This document shows, one piece after another, positions 33,201 to 47,584 of a stretch of DNA of 64,000 bases; position 1 is the stretch's first letter, and every line of letters begins with the position of its first letter. A program made the position numbers and the translations under genes. Source of the DNA: Selaginella moellendorffii. Taxonomy: Eukaryota; Plantae; Lycopodiophyta. Under the pieces are notes generated by a model. That model did not search any database. It saw only the letters and a program-made list of their open reading frames with translations, and had not been told where the DNA came from. Where the stretch lies: assembly GCF_000143415.4 (NCBI RefSeq), contig NW_003314336.1, positions 51,296-115,295 of the forward strand, given 5' to 3'.

Positions 33201-36200
33201 TATAATAAGTCAATGTCATAAAGGGAATGCTTATTGTCAAAGAAGGCCATCATTGGGACACTCAAACACTCTAAAAACACCAGGAAATGGTGTTTAGTGT
33301 CGTGAGGGCATTAGGTAAGGCCCAAGGGACTAAGTCCCTAGTAAACGATGGATAGAAGGTGTTATCCAAATGTCTAAGGTTGTAGAGACGGGAGAAGTCT
33401 ATCTACCTGAATTGGACAAAGTAAAAAAAAGGATTTTAGCAAAGCTAATGATGGGCATATAAAGGCTTATAAGTAGCAACGTTAATTCCAGTGTGTGGGA
33501 TTACAAAGTGAGTATACCCAGATTGAGGAACCACCTCCTAAGCTATCGGGTAGGTTCATCCTTTCGAATACTTGCTAAGGCACAGTAGAAAGTGCAAAGC
33601 TATCCTCCTAGTTTAGAGGAAAATAACCAAAGGAAACGTGTGAGGCCAAAAGGCAAGTAAAAAAGGGATAGAACCAAACTATAGGAATCGAAGGGCATAA
33701 CCAAAGGTGGTTATGTGAGTTGGGAGTGGAGAATTAAGTGGGTGCTCGAGCGGGTTGTTATTAGCAATCGTGATACCATGGAAAGTCTAAAATATAGAAT
33801 TATCCATGTTAGACCATATGATAATTAGAAAACTTGCAAAAAAGAGAGGCCTTAGCAAGCTAAGGAACAGAGTTAGGTTCCCAAAAACAATTCTAGATAA
33901 ATAAATACCTAGAAAGCCAAGTGTAAATGGTTCATAGAGCGCGCGAAATCAGAATGGCGCAACAGAAGCATGGTTTTGAAGCTTGCCAAGATGCGAGGCT
34001 ATCAAAGTTAGGGAAGTAGTTATTGAGTGTTCAAAGAGAGGGCTTTGAACAAAAGTCAAGCTCTAGATGAAAGTTGATGGTTAAGGACTTTCACGCTTGT
34101 GCATGAACCATGTTACGGTGGTTGGATGACTTGCTAGGTGAGATAGGCAAGTTGGGAAACAAATACCCTAGTTGAAGGTGCTAACTTCAAAATGGATAGC
34201 CTATGGGCCCAAGCATGGAGGAGTCCATGCATGATCACAGACTTGTCAAGTGAGAGGACTTAGCAGTGCAGAGGAACTAGGTTCCTAAGCTGTGATTTGT
34301 ATCGTGCTTTAGGTATAAGTTGGTGCACTAATGTAGGGAGTCACGTCAGGCATCCTGTGTGATGCCATCCGTAGATGTATATACGGAGGTTGGGTTCAAG
34401 TCTCAACCCTCTAGTGCGTGGGCTCGAGTCCCAACTCACTAGGGCATGGTGATGGTTTGGAATATGAGGACACTCATTTTTTGGGATACTGGCTTGGGCA
34501 CACCGCCAAGTGGGGGATGCCCCAGAGTTGTGATACATGGTCAAATTGCTTTATGTGGCTTGGCATATCTAACTTGAACACTTTGGTGCGAGTGGCACCA
34601 AGGATGTGGTGAATGAGATGGGGACACCCAGTCTCAGTTGCTATGGACCCTTGGCCAGAAAGGCTTGCTTGGGTGCACTGCCAAGTGTGGGGGATGCCCC
34701 CAGAGTCATGGTCAACAAGTTAAAGGTTTGGAAGACCTAGTGCTTATTAGCAAACCTCTCAAGGTGACCAATGTGAGATCACTAAGTGTTCTTGTGGCTA
34801 AATAAGAATAAGGTCCTTGTTTGGTTAAGGAATAAGATTCCTAGTTCAAAGTGATGATTTGAACTGTTAGTAATAGCGTGACTTGGTCAAAGTGACAAAG
34901 TGGGAAAGACAGCAAAAAGGGAAAATAGTGGTGTCAGTGAGATGGTATAGTAAGTCCAAGGAAGTAGTCTTTAAGAAAGACCTATGAAAGGGTTGCAAAG
35001 TTGGGCTATGGATAGAGCCCATGGTAGAGAATGCTAAAGAGACTTATTAGGGGTGTGCACCCTTTATACTTGGTAAAGTGGAGCATTTGCCTTAGAACCG
35101 AAAGAATACCTCAAGGATGGAGGTAGTGAGCCTATATTGCTTGGTGCAACAATCAACAGATAGAAGCAAGAGACTAGTGGCCAAGTTTGGGCCATGGGAT
35201 TTGTTGGAAGGAATTCAAATGTCAAAGTTAGCTGAGGAACACTAATGTGTTGGATGCTAACGGATTGTGGGAAAGGAAGTGTGCTTTTAAGGATGGATTC
35301 GCAAGTGCTCAAATTTGGCGAAGTGAAAGCTCCAAGTGAGGGAGTGGCAAAGTAGCTAAATAATAGGGCTGTGGACAACCCTAACACAAATTATGATAAC
35401 TAGAACTTAGTGCCAAAGGTGGCACAAAAAAGAAAAAAAGATGATGGTGCCCTCGAGTAAAGAACTTTTTAAGATGGGGAAGTGGAGTTGCACAAAATGT
35501 GCAAAACAAGGTGTTAAAGACACCTAGGAAAATGACTACGAGAAGTTAAAATTTAAAGTTCCAATGTGCAAAGGTTATATCAATGGGAACTGAGACTATT
35601 CGAGAATGAGTAGTGGAATTGAGATAGAGAAGGTGTCTCTAACAAATTTAGCGAGAACTAAACCAATAAGATGAGAGAACCACCACAAATGGTTGAATGG
35701 GTCTTTAAGTTGGAGAGCCTATGCTCCTTAGAGGATGGATAGGGCATGGTGAGCCTTCACTGTCAAACCATTGACAAATATTGGTTAGGTGCCAAGGATG
35801 GAAAGGGTAATACATGCTAGTATTACTTTATAAAATAGTTTACCATTCGATGAGGACATCAAACTTCGTCTATGGGTGGTGGAGTTATGAGACACAAATC
35901 CCTAAGCCCCAAAGTGGAGCCGAAAGGACACCACATGGTGGTGGCCAAAGCGAAAACCAAACGAGCGTTACATGTTTGGACTAAAAGCTCCGACTTGAAA
36001 GGTTGAGAATGGGAGTGAAAATCCCAACAAGGTGCTCAAGAAACAAGCACAAAGCGAGCAATAAGTGGGTCTCTAGAAAAGGGACACAAGAGGACCAACA
36101 CATGACACGTGAAAGTGTCCGAGATGGACTCGAGATGGAGTCCAAGATGGACCCGAGATAGAGTCCGAGGTGGACCCGAGATGGAGTCTGAGATGGAACC

Positions 36201-36730
36201 GAGTCCAAGGCCAAGACCGAGACCGAGGCCGAGTCCGAGTCCGAATACTAATACAGGCTGTTGGGTGAAAGCCCAAAGCAATCATCCCTCAGGCGGGGCA
36301 GGGGGCTGCAGAGGGTTCCAAAAGTATAGTAGGGAGAGTGTGGGGGTTGGAGCCCAATGGAGCCAATTTGGCCAGGAAAGGCCAGTTTGGCCTAGGAAGG
36401 CTGTGCCCAAGTGTTGGGTGATGAGGTGACCACTGGGAAGTCCAAGACTAGAGTGAATATGGACTGACAAGCGGGGTAGCTTGGTGAAGTGTTCAAAAGC
36501 CAGCTCTAGTTCTCTCGGGAGATCGAATGGTCGATGTTCCCAGTCCAAGTGTGGGTGGCACTACCTACTTGGACACTTGGTGTGGCTCAATGGAACCTTG
36601 CTCTAAACCCATGGCTAGAGCACCCAAAGGTGGAAGGTGGGCAGAGTACCCACGAGGCTCGCGTATGGCCATGGTGTTCCAAAATGTTGTCCAAAAGTCC
36701 CAGATTGTGGAAAGGAAGAGGAGCTTTTTG
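30300..36730 (+). mobile_element. Family A element (5' LTR 30300-31858, interior, truncated 3' LTR from 35886)
   Basis: LTR termini, degenerate PBS near 31862, PPT ATGGGTGGTGGAGT before 35886, interior colinear with 42408-46450. Confidence 0.85.
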
Positions 36731-37160
36731 GTATTGAAACATTGACAAATGTTGGCTTGGTGCTAAAGAAAATAGTAATCCATGATAGGGTTACTTTATG
36801 AAGTGGTTTATTGTTTGATGAGGACATGGGAACATAATAGGATTAACACATGACACGGGGAAGTGTCAGGACCGAGTCTAAGATGGACCCAAGATGGAGT
36901 CTGAGATGGACCTGAGATGGACCTGAGTTTGACCCGAGTTGGACTCAAGATGGAGTTTGAGAAGGAGTCCAAAATGGAACCTAGATGGACCCAAGTTGGA
37001 GTCTAAGACATGGACCTGAGATGGAGTCTAAGATGGAGTCTGAAAAGGAGACCGAGATGAACCTAAGATGGACCTGAGATGAAGGAGTCTAAGATGGAGT
37101 CTGAGTTGGAGTTCGAGATAGAGCCTGAGGTTGAGTTCGAGACCGGGACCAAGACCAGGA

Positions 37161-37355
37161 TGTAAGCAACCAAAGAGAACGACTCGAAAGGCGATCCATA
37201 AGGGTTCAAATATAGAGGGAAAGGGCCCATGAACAAGAGTTCACCCCCTTTTCCAATTGGTTAAGGGTCTTGGGATATTTGGGGTTAAGTGTCCTTGGGT
37301 TTGAATAGTATTGGGCTAGGTGACCTCTCGGGAAGTCCAAACTCAGGAGCTTACA
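37161..37355 (+). mobile_element. 195-bp solo LTR of a TRIM family
   Basis: TGTAAGC...GCTTACA with near-TSD CAGGA/CAAGA. Reverse-complement relatives at 47585-48279. Confidence 0.75.
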
Positions 37356-37639
37356 CAAGACCGAGGCTAAGACTAAGACCGAAACTGAGGCTGAGACCAA
37401 GTTCGAGTCCAAGTCTAACTTAGACTCGGTCTAGGTCCTAATCCCAATCTCGTTCACCATCTCGGACTCCATCTCAATCTCCATCTTGAACTCCTTCTTG
37501 GACTCCATCTCAAACTCCATCTCAGATCCATCATGAACTCCATCTTAGATCCATCTCAAACTACATCTCTTAGTCTACCTTTGAATCCATCTCAAACTCC
37601 ATCTTGGACTCCTCAAACTTGGTCTTGGCACCTCCATGT

Positions 37640-40600
37640 GTCATTGAAATCTAGAAGGAGAATTTCTGGTGCTGTCAGGCTGCTGGGATTTTGTTGTGGG
37701 TGCGAGAGAGAATTTGGTGAAGAACTAGCTACGACAGTTTGGTGCTACAGTTATAGAAAGTCAAAGGGCTTTTGAAGTCATTGTTCTTGAGTTGGCACTA
37801 TGCTTCGTGCTGTGGAACATGCTACCTAACACACAAATCAATTACAAACTAACTTGAGACCTTTGATCCCTAAAAAGGCTTATGCAAGTGGTTGTAACTA
37901 AGGATATGCTTAACATCACTAGAATACTCCAAGTTTTAAACAAATGGATGTGTATTGGTGACAAGCTGAAGTATAATAGAGATAGGGATAGGGATTGAGT
38001 GCTAACTCTCCCCCTTAACTACTCCTACATGGTGGCAACTACCACTTCTTCCTGAGTCTTGATTGTCAAGATCATAACCTTGAGTGTCAAGGTTGCAATC
38101 CTGACTATTAGGAAAATGCCCAAATGAATGACTAATTGGTTGTGCTTCACTCTCCCACGACTGAATGGAGTTTTGTCTCGAGGCTCCTACTGCTCCATTG
38201 TGTCAGTTGGCTTAGTTGGCACTGGATTTCTTGCAAGTTCAACCTTGAATTTGTTGAGTCGCTGGTGGAACTGCTTGTCATCATCGTTATCCTTGTTGTG
38301 CTCACTCTCATTGTCATCTTCCATTATTGTGGGCTACTTTGCCTTGAGAGTGTGGATCTCACTGTGGAGCTCTACATTTTCCTTTGCAATCTGGTTGTTG
38401 ATGTGCTGTGTCTCTGCACAAACTGTCCCCTAGAAGGATGTACCTCGAATGCTCCTTTTGAGCTGCTGGATGTCGCTCTAGATTATGTTGAGCTTTGCAT
38501 CCAGGGGTTGGAAGATGACAACATTGATCATGGCCTGCAGTCTGTCATGTAGAAAAGCACTCATCTGTTCATCATGGAATTGCCATGCAAAGCCAGGATT
38601 GGCATCTGCGGCATTGGCTAAACGTGTTGGACTTCATCAACAAACTAGAGGAATGCTGAGCTGAGCAGCCGGTGTGGCAGCTCTGGTTCACATCATTGCT
38701 CCTGCTCTGGATCCCTGTGTCATTCCTGGTCTGGATGCTCTCTGCTGTGGTGCTCGTAGTGCTGTGGCATGGTGCTGTTGTCAACTGGTGCTTCTATGGT
38801 TGGGGATGCTGGCTGTTCTTTCTTGGTGTGAATTGCTGCACCATTGGTCGGGGTGGTTACAGAGTCAAGATTGATTTCTTGACTTTGTTCTTGACTCTTC
38901 TCCTCTGGTTCTTCCTTGGAGATGATGGTTTCGATTAGGCTTGTGGTTGATTTTGTCTTGTTCTTTGGAGGTGAGACTGTTGTCATCTTGGTTATTTTTG
39001 CCGGTGGAGTTGTTGTCGGTGGCAAAAGCTTCTTCTCATCCTCTTCTTCTTCCTCCTCTTCATCTTCTTCATTGGATACATGGAGTAGATATTCCCTTTT
39101 CTTTGATGCACATTCTTGCTTCTTGCTTGCAGAGTTGTTGGAGGTACTTTCATGCAGAATGAAAATGCTATGTCAAGAGCTGGCACAAGTGTGGTAATAT
39201 AGAAGAGTGTGAGAGTTTCACATTTCAGGCTGCTGTGCATTAGTTTCACAGAAGAGTGGATTTCCTTGATGAGTTTTTCATGGAGGTAGCTTGCGATGTC
39301 CACTTTGATTTTGTGTTGCAAGTCGTCATAGAGGATTGCGATGGCTTTGCTAGCGGAGCTACTCAACTTGCGCACTTCAAGAGTTGAGATGAGAAATTTG
39401 AGCCTTGGCTTCACCTCATTGGTGATATTACTCATTTGAAGTGAGCTTCCAGAGTTGTAATTCTTGATGATCTTAATGCATCTCGGTGGCATCACTTTTG
39501 TTTGTGATGTGGCTGTGATTTGCTTTCTGACATTTGGAAGATTGAATACCCATGTAATGTAGCCCATGGTGAAGATATATTTGTTGCCTTGAGCACACAC
39601 CATTTCTTCTCAAAAAGCTGGAAGCATCTTCTTTGCGATGTCGCTCTTGTACTTTTTCTCCATCATACAGGAGAACTTGTAGAGTCCGACCTCACACAGC
39701 TAGTCATCAAGTGCTGTTGTCCTCTTCCATGCTGGATTGCAGGCGAAGAGAAGAATTGTGCTCTCTAAACTCACTACTATTGGCTCGAAGACGAACTCCT
39801 TTGTGAGAGGGTGTGTTGCCATGCTGCCCTAGAGTGTTGAGTTTGAGTCTCTGTAGAGTTTTCTCTTTGTTGGTGTGGTAATGTTGGAGAAGCTTGCTTC
39901 ATGTTGGTCTTTGGCACGTTTGTTGATGAGTCTTGAGAGATTCATTGGTCTCTAAGTCTTGTTTTTGGTCAAAGTTCTTAAAGTCGTTATTTTTCTTCAT
40001 ATAGCTTTCTTGATCTTGATTCTTCAAAGTCTTTCTTGTGTTGGAATTTTGAACTTGAGCTTCATGTTTCTTGATTGTGTTGAGTTCTTGAGGTAGGCCG
40101 TATCTTGTGATGATATTTTTGTAAATGAACTTTGTTGTGTTCTTTGCTATTGCAATCTTCATTAACTGAGCTTTAACACATTTTGTTATGTAGTCAGTTG
40201 CTATGACAATGTGTTTGTTTCGCTTGGAGCTTGTTATGAGTGGTCTAATGAAGCTGAGTTCCCATAATTGAAATGGTTCCAGTGGTATTATTGGATGAGG
40301 CTCTTGAGTTTGTTTCTTCAATGTGTATTTGGCTTGTTAACAAATGTCACATTCTTGACAAAATTTTATTGAGTCATGCCAAAGTGTTATCCACTAGAGT
40401 CCTGCTTGCAAAATTTTTTGAGCTGTGACTTCTTCTACAAAGTGACCTCCTGCTTGTCCATAGTGGCTTCTTTGAGTAGATCTTGAGTTTCTTCAGGTTG
40501 TACACATCTTCGTCATACATTGTCTTGTCCTTTCTTGTGTAGTCTTCTTCCCATAATTGAATATGTTCTTGTCCTCAAGACAAATTGCTTACGGTGATCA

Positions 40601-40760
40601 AAGGTGGAGTATTGACTTGGCATTGTTGCTGTTGTGAGGTAGTAGTAAATGTCATCCATCCATGTTGGTGATGTGTGGATGTGAAGTATGTTGGAGTTAG
40701 GACTGTCATCGATGTTGTATTTTAGTTGTTTGCAAGTTGTAATGCGGCTGAGGTGGTCGG
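37640..40760 (-). mobile_element. Decayed Ty3/gypsy (Athila/Tat-like) remnant: integrase, extra 3' ORF(s), PPT and probable LTR
   Basis: Minus-strand GHF...KILQAG, FCQECDIC and PFQLWELSF...TDYITK...IITRYGLP at 39899-40760. PPT (CTCTCCCCCTT on +) near 38006. 37640-37775 recurs inverted at about 48975-49100. Confidence 0.6.
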
Positions 40761-43700
40761 TGTGAGACACAAAATCCCTAGGCCCCAAAGTGGAGCCGGA
40801 AGGGTGCCATGTGGTGGTGGTCGAAGCGAAAACCAAATGAGTGTAACATGTTTAGACTAAAAAGCTCCGACTTGAAAAGGTCGAGAGTGGGAGTGGAACT
40901 CCTAACAAAGGGCTCGAGGAATGAGCATGAAGCGAGCAATAAGTGAGGCTCCAAAAAGGGACCCAAAAAGGACCAACACATGACACGTGGAAGTGTCCGA
41001 GATGGACCTGAGTTGGGGTCCGAAGTGGAGTCCGAGATGGAGTCTGAGATGGACCCGAGATGGAGTCTGAGATGGAGTCCAAGATGGACCAGAGATGGAG
41101 TCCGAGATAGACCCGAGATGGAGTTCGAGATGGACCCGAGATGGAGTCTGAGATGGAGTCTGAGATGGACCCGAGATGGAGTCCGAGATGGAGTCCGAGA
41201 TGGACCCGAAATGGATTCCGAGATGGAGTCCGAGATGGAACCGAGACCGAGACCGAGACCGAGGCAGAGACCGAGACCGAGGCAGAGACCGAGACCGAGA
41301 CCGAGACCGAGTCCGAGTCCAAAACCGGGACTGAGACCGAGTCCGAGTCCGAGTTCGAGCCCGAGTCCGAGTCTGAATACTAATATAGGCAGATGGGTGA
41401 AAGCCCAAAGCGATCGTCCCCCGGGGGGGGGGGGGCTGCGGGGGGTTCCAAAAGTATAGTATAGTAGGGAGAGTGTGGGGGTTGGAGCCCAGTGGAGCCA
41501 GTTTGGCCAGGAAGCACCAGTTTGGCCCAGGAAAGGCCAGTTTGGCCCAGGAAGGTCATACCCAGTGTTGGGTGATGAACTGACCCTTGGAATCCAGACT
41601 AGAGGATACAGCCACAAGTGGGGTAGCTTGTGAAGTGTTCAAGAGCTGACTCTAGTTTCCCTAGGAGATCGAATGGTGAATGCTCGCCAGTCCAAGTGTG
41701 GGTGGCACTACCTACTGTGGATACCTGATGTGGCTCAATGGAACCTCGCTCTAAGCCCATGGCTAGAGCACCCAACGGTGGAAGGCGGGGAGAGTACCCA
41801 TGAGGCCCGCGTAGGGCCACGGTGTTTCGAAATGTTGTCCCAAAGGCCCAGACTGTGGAAAGGAAGAGGAGTAGTCCTCTGGTGTAGTGACCAAGGATAC
41901 AGTCAAGTGGTGAGGAAGTCCTAGAGGACCATGGGACTTAGTGGTCGGGCCTGTGGGCCTCGATCCCGTGGCAGTGTTGGTGAACACGGCCATGGGCAGA
42001 AAGGGACTTGGTGAAGACCAGAAAAGGGATATTGGGGAAGGCTATTCCCCATGTCTGTGGGCATCCTAAGGATGCTAAGGAGTGAATTTGGAATGATCAC
42101 TCATGGATGGATGGCCCAATCCTTGAGAGATGGGACTGTGATGCAGGTGGTGTGAGACCATCGGTATGACCAAGGTAAAGGGGCATGGCCTTAGCGTAAC
42201 GAGCTGATATGTCGGTGGTACCTTGGGGTGTTGGTCATGGGATTGGACACGTGGAGCACTTGGATCAAGTGCAAAGGTTGAGTGGCAGGGATGCCATTCT
42301 CGGGCAAGTCTGAAATAGGATTTATGGAGGTTGTGAGTGAAACTCCTCTAAGTGGTTGGAGGTGTGGTTAAGTGACTGAAGTAGAATGGAAAATTTAGTC
42401 GCTTACAACTTGGTATCGGAGTTGTTCCTTAATCTGACTTTTATTGGTGTTGAAGTATATCACCACTAGTGTTGGCATCGGAAGGTCCTAGGAGTGGGCT
42501 TATCCTTGAGGAGTAGCAAGTTGGGAAGACATGGCTCTCCACTACAGTTCATGTGTGAACTTGTAGGCAAGGTGGTGGATAGAAAAGGGCCAATGATGGA
42601 ACGACTTTGGGATCTTGGGAATAGTGCAAGGTTTTCCTCATTGAGTTGAGGATGTGATCTAGATGAGCGTTTGACTCAGCAAACTAGCTAATGTAGTTGT
42701 GGCAAACAACTATAGTTGGGATCACAGGGAAGATAGAGACTCCAAAATGATAAAGGAGTCACAAGATTACCCTCATGAAGTTAAGGCTGGTGTTCATGAA
42801 TTTGAGACCAGAAGTAATGACCGTGAGAGGTCAAATACAGAAAAGGACACAAGTCCTTGAAATGGTAGCTGGAGCTACCTCTAATAAATGCTGGAACAAC
42901 CCAAGGAGTTGGGGGTGTATTTAGAGGATGAGTTGGTATTCTCATCACATGGATAAGTGGTCATAAGGGGCGAAAGGTTGCCCCTAGAGAACAAATCAAG
43001 TGTCGGAGTAACACTTGCAAAAGATGGTCTTTGTGAGTAGGACATGAATACAAGGAGTTGTATTCCAGTGAGTTAGCACCTCAAAAGTAGGACCTCATGG
43101 ATCGTCGGATTAACAAAGTCCAAAAAGTTGAATGACTCCAATAGAGTCAAGGAATAATCCTAAGGGCTTGAGGAAAGCATCTGGATTGAGTGTGGTGCCC
43201 CACGAAGGATGGGGAGGATTTTGAGATCCAAGCATGAGAGCAGTATATATCTCATTGATGGCAGAAGGTGCCATGCTAAAGTCGTGGGAAAGAGTTTCCC
43301 GAAAGAAAACAACTTTGACACAAAGTTGTGCATGAACTCTATGGTGTAGTGCTAATGGATAATTGGCATAAGAGACAACCATATTGGTCATGGCAAAAAT
43401 ACCTGGACACAAGTAAGAAGTGTCATAAAGGTAGGCTTGGGGAGCTGATGGTGTGGAGACACTGAAGGTGCCAAGGGGTGCTGCCTTGAGGTCAAGTTGG
43501 TGGGTTTATGAGAACCCCTTCCAAAGAAATCCCAATAGAAACGGGAATAGCATAGCCTAAGGTGGAAGGCATGCGGTTAGAGTGTGGTGACCCAGATAAT
43601 GAAGGAGGTGTGGAAGCACCAGCAATGAGTTGTAGGACTTGACAACTATGAGGCAACTAAGCAAAAGGTGCAAAATAATTCATAAACTGGTAGAAGGCAA

Positions 43701-46666
43701 CTACCTAAGACTTTTTATTGGGACAAAGAAGTTCGATATACCCTTATAAGGGATAAATTGTTTATGTTGTGACATAGTAAGTCAATGTCAAAAAGGGAAT
43801 GCTCATTATCAGAGAGGCCATCATTGGGACACTCAAACACTCTAGAATACCAGAAAGGGGTATTTGGTGTCATGAGGGCAATGGATAATGCCCAAGGGAC
43901 AAAGTCCCTAGTGAATGAAGGATAGGAGGTGCTATCCAAATGTCCAAGGTTGTGGAGATAGGAGAAGTCTGTCTACCTAAATTGGACAAAGCCAAAGAGG
44001 GATTTTGGCAAGGCTAGTGATGGGCATATAAAGGCCCATAAATAACAACGGTGATCCTAGTGTGTGGGATTACAAGGTGAGTAAACCCGGATTGAGGAAC
44101 CACTCCCTAGGCTGTCGGGTATGTTCATCCCTATGAATACTTGCCAAGGCATGGTAGAAAGTGCAAAGCTATCTTCCTAGTCTGGAGGAGAATAACTGAA
44201 GAAAATGTATGAGGCCAAAAGGCAAATAGTATAAGGATAAAATTGAACCATAGGAATTGACAGGCATGACCAAGGGTGGTTATGCAAGTTGGGAGTGGAG
44301 AATCAAGTGGGTGCTCAAACATGTTGTTACTAGTGACCGGGATGCCATGGAGAGTCTAAAGCATGGGATTGTCTATGTTAGACTATATGGTAATTGGCAG
44401 GCTTGCGAAAGGAGAGGCCTTAGCAAGCCAAGGAACAAGGTTCCTTGAACGTCCCCCTAGGTAGATAAGTACCTAGTCAGCCAAGTGTAAATGGTTCATA
44501 GAACGCGCGAAATTAGAGTGGCGTAGCAGAAGCGTCGTCTTGAAGCTTGCCATGAGGCGAGGCTATCAAGATTGGGGAAGTAATTCTTGAGTGTTCAAAG
44601 AGAGGGCTTTGAACAAAAGTCAATGGTTAAGGACTTTCACGCTTATGCATGAACCATGTTACAGTGGCCGAATGACTTGTTACGTGAGATTGGCAAATTG
44701 GGGGGAACAAATCCCCTAGTTGAAGGTGCTAACTTCAAAAGGGGTGGCCCATGGGGCCGAGCATGGAGGAGTCCATGCATGATCACAGACTTGTCAAGCA
44801 AGAGGACTTGGCAGTGTGGAGGAATTAGGTTCCTAAGTGGTGATTTGTAGCGCGTTTTAAGTATAAGTTGGTGCACCGGCGTGATAAGTCACGCTAGGCA
44901 TCCTGGGTGATGCCGTCCGTAGATGCATATATGGAGGTTGGGTTCGAGTCCCAACCCTCTAGTGCTTGGGTTCGAGTCCCAAATCACTAGGGCGTGATGA
45001 TGGTTTGGAATATGAGGACACTCATATTTCGATGGTCATGGACTCTCAGTGAGGAGACTGGCTTGGGCACACCGCCAAGTGGGGGATGTTCCGGAGTCGT
45101 GATACATGGTTAGATTGCTTAGTGTGGCTCGGCATATCTAACTTGAACACTTTGGTGCGAGTGGCACCAAGGACGTGGTGAATGAGATGGGGACACCCAG
45201 TCTCAGTTGCTATGGACCCTTGGCTGGAAGGGCTAGCTTGGGCACACCGCCAAGTGTGGGGGATGCCCTCGGGGTCATGGTCAACAAGTTAAAGGTCGGG
45301 GAGACTTAGTACCTATTGGCAAACCTGTTAAAGTGTCAAGATTAGATCACTATGTGATCGTATGGCTAAACAAAGACGAGGTCCTTTTGAGGTTAAAGAA
45401 CAAGGTTCCTAGTTCAAAGCATTGATTTGAACTATTGATAATGGTGTGGCTTGGTCAAGGTGACCAAGTGGGAAGGACACCTAAGGGAAATGAACTACGA
45501 CGATACAATGGTATTGTGAGTTCAAGAAAGTAGTCTCTAGAAAGGACCTATGGGAGGGTCACAATGTTAGGCCGTGGAATGGGCCCATAGCAGAAGTTGC
45601 TAAAGAGATCTACTAGGGGTGAGCACCCTCTGGACTTGGCGAAGTGGAGCTTTGTCATGGAACCAAAAGATTACCTCAAGGAGGGAGGTAGTGATCCTTT
45701 GTTGCTTGATGCAATAATCAATGGATAGGAGCAAAAGACCAATGGCCAAGTTTGGGCCATGGAATTTAATGGGAGGAATCCAAATGGCGAGGTTAGCCAA
45801 GAAACACTAATGTGTTTGATGCTAACGAATTGCGGGAAAAGAAGTGGACTTCCAAAGTTAGATTCCCAAGTGCTCCAATTTGGCAAAGTAAAAGCTCTAA
45901 GTGAGGAGCGGTAAAGTAGCCAAAAGATAGGGCTGTGGACAGCCCTGGCACAAATGATGATAATTGGAACATAGTGCCAAGGGTGGCACAAAATAGAAAA
46001 GAGGATGATGGTGCTCTCAAGTAGAGAACTTCCTAGGATAGGGAAGTGGACTTGCACAATATGTGCAATGCAAGGTGTCGGAGACACCTAGGAAATTGAC
46101 TTCAAGAAGTCAAAAGTAAACGTTCCAAAGTGCAAAGGTTATGTCGATAGAATTTGAGACTACTCGAGAATGAGTAGTGGAATTGAGATAGAGACGATGT
46201 CTCTAACGGGTTTAGCGAGAACTGAACCAATAAAAGGGAGCAAACCACCCCAGGTGGCCGAATGAGTCTCTATGTTGGAGAGACTATGCTCCTTAGAGGA
46301 TGGACAAGGCATGGTGAGCCTTTGGTGTCAAACCATAGACAAATATTGGCTGGGTGCCAAGGATAAAACTGGTAATACATGCGGGTGTTACTTTATAAGA
46401 GGGTTTACCGTTCGATGAGGACATTGAACTTTGTCTATGGGTGGTGGAGTTGTGAGACACAAAATCCCTAGGCCTCAAAGTGGAGCCAGAAGGGTGCCAT
46501 GTGGTGGTGGCCGAAGCGAAAACCAAACGAGCGTAACACGTTTGGACTAAAAAACTCCGACATGAAAAGGTCGAGAGTGGGAGTGGAACTCCTAACGAAG
46601 GGCTCGAGGAATGAGCATGAAGCGAGCAATAAGCGAGGCTCCAAAAAGGGACCCAAAAAGGACACC
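40761..46666 (+). mobile_element. Family A element (5' LTR 40761-42407, PBS 42411-42422, interior to 46450, truncated 3' LTR from 46451)
   Basis: TGTGAGACAC...GCTTACA, TGGTATCGGAG, PPT ATGGGTGGTGGAGT. Confidence 0.88.
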
Positions 46667-47584
46667 AAGATTTGCACTAGGGGCCATTTCACTTGGGCTC
46701 GCGCCCAGGATGGAGGTAGCAATCTTATTTTTCTTGGTGCAATAATCAAAAGATAGGAGCAAAAAGACTAGTCAAGTAAGACCTTTACTCAAGGTTATCC
46801 AAGAGAGGTAGAACTTTATGTATTTATGTAAAGTTCAATTAAATTATCCATTTGTGAACTTGAGTAATGTCATATGTTAGGACCCAAAGGCGCACTAAAG
46901 GCATACTAATTGGCATAGGTTTAGCTAGGTTGACTAGGCGTAAGGAGCTATGCCCAACTCCTTGAAAAGCTGTCAAATCTGTAGATATATTTTACAGAGG
47001 TTGGGTTTGAATCCCAACCCTCTAGTAAATCAAAGTTGGGTTCAAGTCCCAATGGAAGGTGGGGGGAGTACCCACGAGGCTTGTGTAAGGCCATTGTGTC
47101 TTGAAATATGTGCCAAAGTCCCAAATTGTGGAAATAAAGAGAAGCAATCCTTTTGTGTGGTGACCAAAAATATGGTCATATGGTGAGGAAGTCCTAGAGG
47201 TCAATGGGACTCAATGGTCAAGCCTTCAGCTTATTACACTAAGGTTGTATCCATTCACTTTTGTCTCATTGGTAGTGTAAGACCTCTCGTACCATAATCC
47301 CATTTGTCCATCAATGATCACCCCATGATTACACCTTAGCATCCTTAGGATGTCTAGAGACATGGGGAATATTGTTCCCACCAAGTTCCTCTCCATCCAC
47401 GGCAATGCTTGCCAACAACACCATGGATTACTGTTAGTGGTACTTTTGGGTGTTTGTTATAGGATTGGACATACTTGAACTAAGTGCAAAGGCAGAGTGG
47501 CATAGAAGTCATTCAAGGGGCTAGTAATTCCCCAAGTCAGGAATCAAACTTATAGAGATTGTGAGTGAGACTCCTTTAAGTGGT

